From: Amoebophrya sp. A120
Lineage: Eukaryota > Protista > Dinoflagellata
NCBI GenBank assembly: GCA_905178155.1
Contig: CAJINV010000018.1
Span: 786,609 to 850,608, forward strand
Direction of reading: 5' to 3'
Length of the DNA stretch: 64,000 nt
Shown: piece by piece, positions 36,629 to 49,306 of the stretch
How positions within the stretch are numbered: the first letter of the stretch is position 1
Layout: the number at the start of each line of letters is the position of its first letter
The notes under the pieces: generated by a model
Seen by the model: only the letters and a program-made list of their open reading frames with translations
The model's database searches: none
Told to the model about the DNA's origin: nothing
Made by a program: the position numbers and the translations under genes

Positions 36629-39600
36629 CTAATCGCGGTTCGCAAGTTTTTCGAGTAGCTGATTCATTTTGATGAGCTCCGCTTCCATCGCCGACATTCG
36701 CCTTCGCAATTCGTGCTTCTCCGATTCCGAAGATGCATCTTCATGTTCTTTGTCGTTTTTTTGGTGTGTGTCAGATCCAGCACCGTCGGTGGGGTTTCTC
36801 ATGATTCTGCTGTCGTTCTGTGCACGAGACGAGGACGGCGGCAAGTAGTTATTTACTGCGGTACTTCTTTGTGGAGGTGCTTCTTGTGCACTATGGTAGT
36901 TCAATGTCATGTCTCCCTCGTCTAGACGTCCAGATTCCGACGCTGATTCGCCCGGTCTGTAGTCCGCAGCCGCGTTGACGGTTCGTCTTTTGGTTTTCAG
37001 TTGTTCCCTTCTTCTCTCCCTTTCGTTGTGAAGCACGGAGATGAAGGCCTGCGACGTTCGCTCGATGTCAGCTTTTTCTGCCGCTGAGTTGTAGTAAAAC
37101 AGATTGGCTTGAAGATCATGTTGGTGCTCTTCGTCTTCATGGTCTCCTTGGCCACCACGTTGTACTTCATGTAAATGATGCCTCGCTCTGGGCGTGGACG
37201 CAGATGAGGATGTGCCGCTGAACAGACCCCCTCCATCTCGTCCTATAGGGAATTTCTCATGCGCACCCTCCTTCTGCGCCGCACCAGAATCCTCTGTAGC
37301 AGCTCCGCCAACCTTCATCGCATTCATCATCTGATCCAAAGCACTCCCCGGGTTTTTCTCCGGATCTAGGTTTCCGAATCGCACCAAGTCCTCTTCTTTA
37401 TCTTGTTTCTCACCCTGCTGGTGTTGAGGATTGGTCTTCGCCTCCGCTTGGAGATACTTTTGCAGGTCCGCCTTGATTTGCGTCACGAGTTTCAAAATCC
37501 GCGTCACCTCGATGGGTGCGTCGGAGGTGATTCGCGCCAGCATCGCGTCGCAAAACTCGTCAATCCCGATCAGACCGCCGCCATCCACGTCGAGCATTTC
37601 AAACAGCTGCAGCGGGCTGTGGCTGCCCATGAAGTGCTCTAGCTCCTTCCGCAGGTCGTCGTTCTCCGTCATGCCCTTGACAACCTCCTCCTTTGAAATA
37701 TCGCCCGACTTGTCCTCGTCGAGCAATGCGAAAATCTTCCGCACTTCCGGCATCATTCCCTCCAACTTCTGCTTCTGGTATGCGGCATTCACCTCTTTGT
37801 CCTCGTTCGAGCACTCGATCGCGTTCTGCACCAGAACCGCCGTCACCAGGTTCATCATGGCGACAGACACGACGAGGAGGAAGGGCATGAAGTAGAAGAA
37901 CAGCGCCGGGTGGAACTTTATCAGAGGGGTATAGACCGACCCGATGGAGTCCAGAGTGACGAACTGGAGCAACACCAGCATGATGGAGAACAAACTGTCA
38001 AAGTTCTCTTCCACAATCTTGTTGCACTCCGGGTTATCTGCGTAGGCGTTTTTGTTCTTCGTGATGATTTCCACCCCAAGAACCGCGGTCAGGTACACCG
38101 ACATAAAAATCAAGAGGAAGGTGAAAAGAATGGTGTCCATGGAGGTCAGGAGGCCCCGGACCAACATCCAGAGGGTCTTGAACGTCACAATCAAGCGGAC
38201 CTGAGGTTGTAGTGAAATATGAAATTTTTGTTTTTGGGTGGTCAGTACAAAGAACTGACATCAACTTTTTGTTCTGTGTGTCATTCGCATAGAAAGAACG
38301 CATCATATTCATCATAAAGAAATCACTCCAATTTTCTATACCGCCCTGGCCAATCGCAGCAGCCTTAGCACCCGCAGGACTAATATCGGCTCCAGCGCAC
38401 TCGGCGTGGACGTGAATATCAGCGGCATGATCCATTGGGACAAAATGCCCACGCAGACCAGGCAGAAGTCGAACAGTACCCAGTATTACAATGAAATATG
38501 CCCCCACCCCCGAAGTTGAAAGCATTTGTATTGCAAACCTTTCCAAATAAAACGCTCGCCCTCTTGCATCTATCAGCATCACAGGTTTCCAATCGTGAGT
38601 AGCAAAAATTTGTATTGCAAAGGACCCCAGGAAGAGCGGCGCTTGTCATGCAAGCGATTCGATACACGCCTAGACCCTGCATCAGAAAGACTCGTACTCC
38701 TTTCATGCATGACAAAAAGTTTTCACTTGGAAACTTCGCATCACAAATTTTTGCAACTTTGGGGGTGGGGGCATTTTTCACTGTGATACCCAGCGCGAAC
38801 CCACTAGCGACCGCAACACCCCGAAGGCGAAGAACCGCGCGCCAATCTCGAACACGTAGATGATCAGGAAGAAGTGCTCGATAATTTGGAACGCCGTCGT
38901 GTCCCCGTCCTCCACCTCCGTTTGGGATTCCCACCCGATGGTGATCGAGTTCGCCACGATGATTATGCCGATGTAGAGGTCGAAATTTTGTTTGTTCAAA
39001 ATCTCCGCCACTTGCACCTTCCACAGCTGCACTTTCACGTCCCAACCGGTCAGGTTTGACTTCGTGCTCATCCGCACCAACTTGTGCACCCCGCGCAGAC
39101 TGGCACCGCGGCCGATGGCCCCGAACTTGGCGTCTTCCCGGGACCTCTGCAGCATCTCCGCCTCCTGGTGCAGGAGTCGCTTCCGGTTCTCCGCCATGGT
39201 CTTTCGGCTGTCGTTATGAATTGCAAAAATGTCTGGGTCTAGAACAAGATTGCAACCTGTCATGGTAAATCTGAAGCATGCAAAAATCTGTGATGTTGCA
39301 TGAGTGCTAAAAGCTGACCACTTTTGACAAAGTTGGAACGGAGTTATTTCTCATGCAGAATAGGCATGATAGGGACCTCACAGAATGTCTGTCATGCTAA
39401 GTCCCGCATTCCAGACCTCATGGGTCATGGAAAATCCGCATGACAAGTTTACACTCTTCCAGACCCAGACATTTTTCCGCTTGATAGTCGTCCGGGTGAA
39501 ACACCACGTGGTGGTGATCTTTGGTCACCGTATCGACTTCGAGTTTCGTCTATCCTGTGCAAAAGTATCGCACTCGTACAAATGCTAATGCAAGTCTTGC

Positions 39601-39937
39601 ATTACAAATCTTATTTCCAAGGCAAATCTGCATTACAAATTTTATTTCTCATGCTGGGGAAATTTGTAATGCTAATGCATTTATACGAGTACGATACTTT
39701 TGCAGTTCATATCATCGCCGTGCCAGATTTCTTCGGACCGTGGTGGGGTTGACCTTCCACTTCCGCAAGCGGGTCTTCTTCATCTGCTGCGGGCGGAAAT
39801 TCTGCTTCTTCTTGTTGGGCTAGGGGTTGGGGGGCACCATCCGGATAATTATTTCCCCCAGCCCTTGGATCGTCGCTGTCGTTGACCTGCATCATTTGCG
39901 GAGGAGGGTCCAGGTTATCCTCCGTGTCCAGCGCCAT
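36629..39937 (-). CDS. Single-domain voltage-gated cation channel (Ion_trans) with two EF-hands
   Basis: S4 LRLLRLARAVR; pore LLQFVTLDSI; S6 MNLVTAVLV; DEDKSGDISKEE and DVDGGGLIGIDEF; 3 introners plus GT-AG intron 38201-38341. Confidence 0.9.
38484..38788. mobile_element. Introner family I (TIR core TGAAAAATGCCCCCACCCC)
   Basis: DR cccag. Confidence 0.9.
39215..39486. mobile_element. Introner family B
   Basis: DR gtcgt. Confidence 0.9.
39551..39711. mobile_element. Introner family A
   Basis: DR tcgtc/tcatc. Confidence 0.88.
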
Positions 39938-41104
39938 ACCGGTCCTGTCAGACGACCGCGACTTCTTTTAAATCAGTGGTCTCGACGTCCCAGAAGGCAA
40001 TATTCAAGTGGGCAGCAAGAACAGATCAAGTTTTATTTACCGGTTTCATCCGGGGCGCTTTCTTCATAGTCGTAGGAAGTTTCGTCCCGTATTCGTCGAG
40101 CACAAAATTCAAAGTTCCTTTTGGTCGTTTTGGTACAGTTTTCTTAAAATTTCAAGTGGGATAAGCTACCGGGGAATAGACTCACTTCTAATTCTAACAA
40201 CTCCTGGCACTACCGGGTAAGCTAATGTACATGATCTAGATGATTGTGATTGATAAAATGGAAAATGAAAGAGGGGGTCCTGGAAGCCGTGACAATTGTT
40301 TGCGAGATTTTTAAGTTTGCGATACTAATTCGCAAAACAACCTACGGCTGCCGTTAAACAACCAGGTCGATGAATTCAACAGTGGTCAGAGCCAGAGGCG
40401 AACGAAACTATGAAAATGCACGAATCTTGTAGTACACCGAGATAGAACTTGATGTTGCACGACAACGTCGACAAAATTTCTTTGCACGTCGACCGAGTTT
40501 CATCTGAGTACTGGTTTTCTAATTCTTTTCGGACGAACAGCTAGTACTGGATACAACTTATACATCCACAGCTACACAAACCGATCTGACTTCTGTCATT
40601 TTCAAGAAGAACCGAGCCACTTCTACTTCCTCAGTGTGAACAGCAGTGAAGTTGTTGCCTTCCAGCCAAGGTGCCTCTGATCACGCACGTCGATGCGGCA
40701 CACGCATTCTATCATAAAGAAACAGAAAGATGAAACAAATCGTGGAAAATCGAGATCAGAAAAATCTTGTGACATGAAGGGTAGGCGATACGGAGTTTGG
40801 AGTATGTTTGAATAGGAGGGATGTAGAACCCCGCGATCACGGCGAGAAGTAGGGGTTTCTTTTTATGCATATGCATATGGGTGGAACTACCAGTTTGTGT
40901 TTCTTGCGCCGTGGACGTCCACCGCATCTTCGCGACTTTCGTTTTTATATTACAGCTTTTGGTTGTATACTACATTTGCAACTGCAGCTAGCACTTATGT
41001 GCATAAAACCTTACTACGAGAGGATTTGAATGTCGTACATGAATGTTGAGACTCGAACTTCTATACTGCGAACCATTTTTCCTCAGTCTGCCTCTGTGTG
41101 AAAT

Positions 41105-44100
41105 TCATATCTTCTTCTTGTCGTCCAAGGTTGAAGATGTTCCCGGTAGCTGCTCCCGCAGCTGCCCACTTTCCTCCAACTTTTTGCTCAGCTTGGACAC
41201 TATGCCCTCCAACTTCCGGAATTCCCGTAGCAAGAAATTGGTCTGGCTGGCGAAGTATGCAATGCAAAAGCATCGCACTAGTATAAACCAGCCATGCCCC
41301 GGCTGACGCCGGGGCGAGTGGCTGTTGTGGTGGGGCAGGACTATTTGCGGATCGGGCCACAGCGCCAGAGCTTTGCGCGCGGCGTGATCGGTCGATGGAA
41401 ATATTGGCGCCGGTTTGCGCCATCTCAACCCGCTGGGCCTCCTGCGCGCTTCCCGCGCCTTCAGGCGCTACGCGCAGGGAGCAGCTGCAGCGAAGCTTGG
41501 GGGCGAAACGAAGCCGCCTCGGCGTAGGTGCCTGCCGAAGCAGAACGGGGGCCGCGCTGCCCTTTTTGATCACGCGCGACAGGGTGGCCTGAGAGGGTAG
41601 CGCGAGAGGGTGGCGCGAGAGGGTGCGCGAGACGGTAGCGCGAGAGGGTTCGGGCCTATGCATGAAAAGGCCGCAAAAAAGCAGCTCTGTGCCGGGCGGA
41701 TTCGGGTTTTTTCACCCCTCTCGCAGACCCTCTTTTTCACCTCTTCCGAGAGGTGTTGCTAATAATCCGGCTATACTCGCCGGTAGAGGTCTATAGAGGT
41801 GGCCGAGAGGTGGCCCAGAGAGTGCGCGAGAGGTTCGCCCTTATTCGCGCAACCTCTCGGCACCTCTGTCCACCTCTCGCTTACCCTCTCGGGACCCTCT
41901 CGGCCCCCTCTGGTCCCTATAGGCGCGGCTTTAGGGTGAACGGCTCGGCTGGCTATACCCGCGCCACCTCTCTGCCACCCTCCCGAATGGCCTCCCGCGC
42001 GACCTCTCCACCTCTGTCGACCTCTTTTTGACCTCTGTTGACCTCTTTTTGACCTCTCGGCCACCTCCCTTCGACCCTCTGTAGACCTCTTTTTTCGCAT
42101 GAATATAATAGATAGTAACTCAGCATGACAAGTTTATAATCTTCCAGACCCAGAGCCAGACATTTTTACATTTGATAAGCACCCTGCCCATGCAAAAGGG
42201 CAGCGGCACCTACTACATTATGGGATTCTCAAACGTTACATTCTCAACTGTTACATGGATTTGCCATGCAAAATTGCCATTGCCCTCCACTTGATCAAGC
42301 TGCTTAGCATGACAAATTTTCGAAGGGCTAAGCAGTATGATACTCTGTAGAAAATCTGTGATGCGAAAGTTGCAACGTTGCCACTTTCACTGTTGCTGTT
42401 CTTGCATATACAAATCCATGTAACAGTTGAGAATGTAACATTTGAGAACGCCATATACATTGATGCCAGCTTTGGCGCCGCCAAGGGGATCGACGAAAAA
42501 ACGCAGATGGCCAAGCCAGAAACCGATGTTGAGGAGCTGCAGTATGGGTGGATTCTCGAACGTTGCACTCATCTCAACTGTATACATGAATTGTCATGCA
42601 AAACTAGCAACAACATCCACACGATCATGAAGCTGGGGATCCTTGACCTGTGGCGCAGGGAGCGGGTGTCCACTACGTGATAATGATGATGATGTTGAAG
42701 CTACTTCGCATGACAAGTTTCTGAACGGTGAAAGAAGCCGAGTTTGTAATGTTGCCAGTAGAGGTGCAACAGACCACACTCCGTCCTTTCACTTTTTGCT
42801 TATAATTCTTGCGTCGCAAATTCATGCATACAGATGTTGACTGCAATGCTTGAGAATCCCATACACAGCCGGGCTATTTCTCCATTAGGGCGGAAAAATC
42901 GGCAAATCGCATCATTTTTGCCAGCGCACTTATTGGGGGGGTAAAAAAAGTTTTTTTGTTGGGGGCGCAACATCTTGGNACCCTCTGTAGACCTCTTTTT
43001 TCGCATGAATATAATAGATAGTAATCGCATGACAAATTAGCTCAGCATTACAAATGAAATTTGTAATGCTATTTTGCCTTAGGAAAGAGATTTGTCATGC
43101 ATATGCGCAATTAGTACGAGTACGATACTTTTGCACAGGATACGAAGTGAAAGGAAATTTCGGACTCCCGGGCCTTCAAAATTCCGGACACAAACTCTTC
43201 CATCGACAATTCGCCACTCTGGTCCGTGTCCAGGGTCTCAAAGAGCCAATCTATTTCCGATTCCTGGACGTTCAATGTCGTGATTTTTTCCCTGAGAAGC
43301 ATCTGTGTTGTGCTGAATCTCTGGATCTGCATGCCGTCTTGCTCCTGTTGCTCTCCTCCAGCAAGGTCCGCTGGATTTTTTCCGCTTCCGTTCCGATTCT
43401 CCTGTCCAGGGTCACCCACCTCCGCACCCATCGCCCTCTTGAATTCGGTCCGGCTGACACTCCCGTCCCCGTCTGTGTCCACCAAGGCGAAGACGATTTT
43501 CAGTTCCTGCGCCATCGCGGTTTGCTGCTGCTTGATTTGCTGGACCAGTGTCAATATGAACTGCAAAAGTATCGTATTCGTATAAATGCATTACAAATTT
43601 CCTCAGCATGAGAAATAAAATTTGTAATGCAGATTTACCTTAACAAAAGGATTTGTAATGCATGATTGCAATACGAGTACGATACTTTTGCACAGGATAG
43701 TCAAGTCTGCGGTGTTCGCGGCCGATTGCAAGGTGTCGACGAGCACACCCACGAAATATCCTTTGTAAAAACGTCCCCACCCCAGAGCTGTCATGCAAAT
43801 GCGCAATGGCAGAAACATCTGTAATGCGCATCTCCATGGGAGGCATTTCCAATCGTGTTTTGAGATGTGTAATGCTGTAAACAGTATGAGAAAGTGGCTT
43901 TCTCATGCGGCTTGCCTTGCTAACCAGCACTAAACTGCAGATGGGAACTTGTCATGCAGAACTCCCAAAACTTAGGAATTTTTGTTGCAGACTTCCGATC
44001 TTGACTGTGGTGTGGGGACGTTTTTACATAGGATACGAAAAGCGACATCATCATAAAATTCGTGATGACGATGAAGATGGCGAAGAAAAACCCGTACGCG

Positions 44101-46130
44101 CCCGTTTCCTCCATCATAGTCCGTGCAATGTCCGGCCAATTTTCCAGCGTGACCACCTGAAACAGCGTCAGCATCGACGCGGAGACGCTTTCGAAGTACT
44201 CATGGACCTTCTTCCGGTCCGGGTCCACCGTGTTGGTCGCCTGCTCCTGCTCGGTCCCCTCGTAAAATTGGTTGCCTTTGACCTGCGACGTGAGCAGGAT
44301 CGCGCACACGTAGATGATCATGCAGAGCAGTACCATCACCCACACGATGGAGCGCAGCGCCCGACCCAGCCCGTGCACCAGGATGTACAGGTCCTTCACG
44401 TACCGAATTAATTTTATCGACCGCAACACGCGCAGCAAACGCAGAATACGCAGGGCGGACACGCTCTTCGCATTGTTGTCGTCCGCGAAGAAGAGCGCGA
44501 AGACCCACACGTCAATCGCGGACACCAAAATGACCAGCGCGTCGAGGCTGTACCAGGATACCTGCACGAAGCGTTCTGTTCCGCTGTATATGCATTCCAA
44601 AAGTATCGTACTCGTATAAATGCGCAGCTAGCATTACAGATCTGCTTTATTACCCGAATCTGCATGAGAAGTTTCATTTTTCTTCCAGGAAAAATTTGTC
44701 ATGCAATTCATACGTATTACGATTCTTTTGCAATGCATACTGTACAACGTCATCCAAACCATGCCGTACCGGAAGCAGTTTTTCGCCGTCAATTGCATCT
44801 CCATCTCGATAATTTCCAGCTCTTGGGGGACGATCACTGTTGAACTGGTCTCCGTCGCGTTGCTAGTTGTACCAACGGTCTGCGCACCGTCCGAGTTGGT
44901 CGGGCTCGTAGGCGGGGGAAAATCATTTGTTTTGCCATTTTGACCTACTTCTTCAAGATCTTGATCTTCTGTCGCACTGTGCCTCCCCTCGACTCCGTCC
45001 CCCCCGTCCAGAATGTCTATGTTGAGCGAGCTTCTCCCCGTTCGGTTCACCCTTCGCATGGACTTCGTTGCGTTCTCATTCAGCTCGTCCTCGATGCCGT
45101 CCCGGTCCAGCAGCGCTCGCTCACGGGCCCCCGCCAGCCGTGCGTTTTTCGCGTTCAGAATTTCCCGCAGCTGCGCGTTCACCAGTTCGTCGCCGGTTGA
45201 CTCCGGGTCGACATAGATCGTAACCACCTTAATCTGGATTTCGAACCGCAGCCGGTAATACAGCTCCCAACAAAACACGAGCAGGATGCAGGTTTCGACC
45301 CACCAAAAGGGGTTTTTCGGCGGCCCCGCCTCGAAAGACTCGCCATAGTCGATCTCAATCCCTAAAATCAGCATGTTCACGCAGATCAGTAGTCCGCAGT
45401 AGTAATCGAGCTTCGCCAGGAATTTCGCCTTCGGGTTGTTTTTGTTGCGCGACTTCTCGTACTTCAGCAGTTTTTCCTTCTGCGCCTGCGTGTAGCGGTA
45501 CTTGGCGTCCTCAAAGGCCTGGCGCCCGATGTCTAACTCGTCGAGCTGCGCGGCGATCTCCTTCGAAGTGGCGCGGATAGAGGGGGGAGTAGTACTGGTG
45601 GTGTAATTGCCACCACCAGGGCTATTATTCGGATCATTCCGACCAGCGCTTGACTGTGCTGCAGGACTGCCCCCGTTATTATAGCTCCTCTTATTCATCG
45701 TAGTGGTGCCGCTCATAGGCGTGCTAAACCCCCCTCCTGGAGGTCCGCCGCCCGCATTGGTCGGCGTATTAACATTACTGCTTGCAGCTCCGATGACGTT
45801 TGCGCTCGAGGGGCCGCGGTAAAGCAAATTTACCCCACCCGCTGATGTTCCGCCGGCGCCCCGGCGGGAGCCACCCGCGCGGTGACTGGTTGAGGCAATG
45901 ATCTGTCTGGTGGAGCTGGAGGATCTATTCGGCAGGGCCGCGGCGGCGGAGCGTTGCGACCCAATTTGCGGTATGCGGGGTCCTGCTGCGCTGTTCCGAC
46001 CGCTGTTCATCGAAGATGGCGTCATGGCATCTGCAGAACTCTTTCCCTTGCCCTTGCCCTTGTTCCGTAAAGCTGGCATGTTGCTGTTCGATGATTCTTT
46101 GGGAGGCAGGGACGGTGGTGAGGAAGACAT
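41105..46130 (-). CDS. Second single-domain voltage-gated cation channel with EF-hands
   Basis: S4 LRILRLLRVLRSIK; pore LFQVVTLENW; DTDGDGSVSRTE and DTDQSGELSMEE; last exon rejoins as ISFHF-ASQTNFLL. Confidence 0.9.
41288..42118 (-). mobile_element. Non-autonomous Helitron-like element; 5' terminus repeated at 42980-43024
   Basis: 3' hairpin GCCCCGGC-gtca-GCCGGGGC then CTGG end; 5' TTACTATCTATTAT; whole insert sits between A and T with no TSD. Confidence 0.65.
42219..42455. mobile_element. Introner family D
   Basis: DR tacat. Confidence 0.88.
42543..42863. mobile_element. Introner family D (diverged)
   Basis: DR tgcag/cacag. Confidence 0.75.
43555..43699. mobile_element. Introner family A
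   Basis: DR gtcaa. Confidence 0.9.
43757..44035. mobile_element. Introner family C
   Basis: DR cgaaa. Confidence 0.9.
44589..44739. mobile_element. Introner family A
   Basis: DR ctgta. Confidence 0.9.
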
Positions 46131-47570
46131 CCTTGCAGCAGAGACGGTGCCGGCAGCAAGTAGATACGAGCCTGGTGAGTTCTTACGATATTTGGTGTGC
46201 TATATTCACCGAGACACAGTCTCTTTCCCTTTCCGTAGAATGTAATACTAATAGCGATTGTACAACAAAAACCGTCCAGCTATCATCTTCTCATCTTCGT
46301 CCGCCGTCGTGGGACGGGATCAATGAATTGAATCCCCGAACCGAGGCAAAGATAAACTCTGGAGCGTCTAGGAGGTGGAGGATGTTTAGTAGTGGTTGAA
46401 TTGTACATACTTTGCTCCAGGTCCACTACACAACAAAGAAAAAGAATGGCGTGTGCGCTTCTTAAGGTGAGCGGGAAAAATCCTCTCGCATACTATTAAG
46501 CAATCCTGAAGGTAAGAATATCTGCTGACGAGAAAAATCTCTTCTGCACGCCTTCTGAACAAAGAAAAAGAAAATACTTAATAGCAATTACAAGGCAACA
46601 GGGGTCTGTTGGTCCGATATCCTGTTTCCTGGAGGCACATTTCAATATTTTTTACTTATTTAACAGAAATGACGACACTGTGGCTGACAACGAAGCCAAA
46701 TGGACGACGGGCGTCAGGGTGCCCGCGAGGACGAGCAGCACTAGGCTAGTAAATAGACATATTGCAAGAGCACGAGAACGAACGAATCAGGACGACTTGG
46801 GAAGGTTCTACACTGGTGTAAGTACGCGGCACATAAAACGAAGACGATAAACAAAAACGAGGGTGAAAGCAGACGAAGCGCTTCTAAAAATTAGCAACAA
46901 CATGTTAGTTTATTTGACAGGCGACTGAGAAAGACACTTCCTGCTACTTCTTCTATCGAACAAACTGATACATACCGACTTGAGATTGAGTACTCTGTTG
47001 CTGGTCTTTATTCTTATTGATTTTCGGTGCCAGCTCGCGATAAAATCACCTGAGTCTGATCGCATTCGCATACGCATTTGTAGCGTACTATATCCACAAA
47101 AATCTGCAAGGTTCTTGCGCGGACAAAAATTCAATATACTTCAAGGGTAGAAATCAAAATTTAGCTCGCTCGTCCCGAGTAGAAGATAAAGTCTTAATCT
47201 TCTGGTAAATAACGGACCACAGCATGGGACTCATTATACAGCTCTGTAGCTGTAGCATTTTACTTGTGCGCGGTACTTCGGCTCTAGGGGCAAATGGAAA
47301 AGTCAGAGATTGTCTTGGGTAAACGTTGAAAAGGCTACATGATACTTTATTTCGGAAAAATGGATAGAGATAGAACGATTATCTGCACAGAGGCTTTCTG
47401 TGCTTTGTCGTTTGCTGCAGGTAGTATGCTCTGAACCTGTATCTGATGTAAGTGTAAGTTGTGAAATAATGCGAAATTCAAATTGCTGGCGTTCGGGATC
47501 GGGTAGTAAGTAATAGTATCCAGTCGCCCGTTACTGGGAATAAAAGTCAGTTCTTTCTTGACTCGACCAC

Positions 47571-48008
47571 TCATACTTTTACGGTTGTAGCCAGAGTCAG
47601 CCCTGTAGACTCACAGGTGCAAGCATTCAGAGACTCTCGGATCAGTGCCGGATAGCCCAGGTTCAAACCCATTTTTGTGGTGTCGCATTTGGTGGGATGG
47701 TTCTGCTTCTGGCACTCTTCTGCAACGGATAGCAAGTTGTTGTTTCCAGCACGATCAGCAACTCTCTTTGTGAAAGTGTCCATATCGATCGGACCTTCAT
47801 TACAAATGGGGTTATCCAAAAAACTTAAGGGGTTTTGTTTCTTTATCTCTGCCTGCAGCAGGTCTTTGCTTTTCAGTTTACAAGAACACAAGTCGCTTTC
47901 CGTTTCCCCGGAGAGAAATTGCAGGAACAACCCGCCGGCAGGGGCAGGGCCGCTCGGAACCGGTTCTCCCAGGCCATTGAACGACTGCAAATTCGTGTTT
48001 CCTGCCAT
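47571..48008 (-). CDS. Small Cys-containing hypothetical protein; probable upstream exon
   Basis: 145-aa ORF; possible GTAAGT..CAG intron at about 48014-48079. Confidence 0.4.
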   Translation of the reverse strand: MAGNTNLQSFNGLGEPVPSGPAPAGGLFLQFLSGETESDLCSCKLKSKDLLQAEIKKQNPLSFLDNPICNEGPIDMDTFTKRVADRAGNNNLLSVAEECQKQNHPTKCDTTKMGLNLGYPALIRESLNACTCESTGLTLATTVKV

Positions 48009-49306
48009 TTTACCTGCGAATGATGATGCGAAACATAGTGCTACATGCCAGCAAAAGCAAATGAGAAAGGGTTACTTACCTTCCACATGGTCGATGTTGA
48101 ATACCCAAGAATAGCAAGAACGTAAATAGCAAGACCAAGAACAGGTGTGGCGCATCAGAGTGATGTTTTATTCAAGTACCTGCACGGTCCGCCATCATCT
48201 TGGTCGTGCGCGGGGAATGGACGACGCCCACTGCCCCCCCCCCCCCCCCCCCGACTCCATCTTCGCCAACTTCTGGTCGTCGCCCTCTTCCCCGGCCTGC
48301 TTCAAAGCTGCCGCAACCTGAGCGCCGGCGAGCAAGGTGGTGGTCTTTCTCGGCATGATTTGGATTTGCAACTGCTTGTGCTTGGAGCGATGTTTATTCC
48401 TGTTCTTCCGCTACGAATTTTCGAGCCACGATTCGCATTCGAAGTAAGCGTAACTTGAAGTGGTTTTGTTGGAGTGATGAGCGCGAGCACCTGGCAGCAC
48501 TCGTTGTTCTAACTATGTATCTTAGTTTAGTTTCACCTGGACACCCTGCAATCTTTTCGAAAAAAAACGCTGACAGAACAAAATATTAACTGACAAGCAG
48601 GTTGTAGAAAGATAGCGTTTATTCGCGCGAGCCCTTCGAACAAGGCGAGGAGGTCATCAAGATAGAAGTAAACGCCATCGGACACATCCCTTACTAGCGA
48701 GCACGACCGAAGATCATAATGTGGTGAACGCACAGAAGAGCCCACCACCACGACAATAATGTCGAGCTACGTACGAATGATATTTACACGACTGCAAGAA
48801 AGAGAAAGTGTTCATTCGTTATATTGCTTGCCGGGCACGTGGTTCACGGACGAAGAGAAAATCAGTACGTACGATGTGGGACGAAGGAGGCATTGCAAGA
48901 TCTACTTGCCGAGTTAGTTTTCAGGCACGATATTTCGTGTAGAATGATACTCAGCCGAGTTCTTTTTGCACGATAAGATGAAGCGCGTTTGCGTTGGAGA
49001 CATTGCATACGACTCTACATTTTTTTCCTCTTCATACATGATGTACATCTTCCAAACTCAACAAAAATCTCTTGCTGCGTTTGTCGAAGGCACCAGTGGC
49101 TCTTCCTCTTGCCGACTACGGAACAACGCAAAGTCCTCTGCTAACGAATTTTATTCTCGAGTGTACTTTCGACGGATACTTGTTTGCTCCTTCAGCTTCC
49201 TCACTTCCTTTGTCTTCGTCTTGGCCAAAACCGTCTTTAAAATATAAACCGGGTTTAGGGTTTATGATACGTAGAAGACTTATCATGATTAACTGCATTT
49301 TCATTA

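Larger units (their letters stand above)
42178..42890 (+). pseudogene. Foreign gene fragment (3 exon pieces) inside the introner; captured or misassembled
   Basis: STLPMQKGSGTYYIDASFGAAKGIDEKTQMAKPETDVEELQPGYFSI reads through after removing two D introners; strand judged by codon usage. Confidence 0.5.
41256..43142. mobile_element. Introner family A expanded to 1.9 kb by nested insertion
   Basis: DR cgaag; A body interrupted between a41287 and t43025. Confidence 0.85.

Noticed and set aside
48234-48253. Poly-C tract (and poly-T at about 9040-9056)
   Set aside because: Simple homopolymers with no further structure
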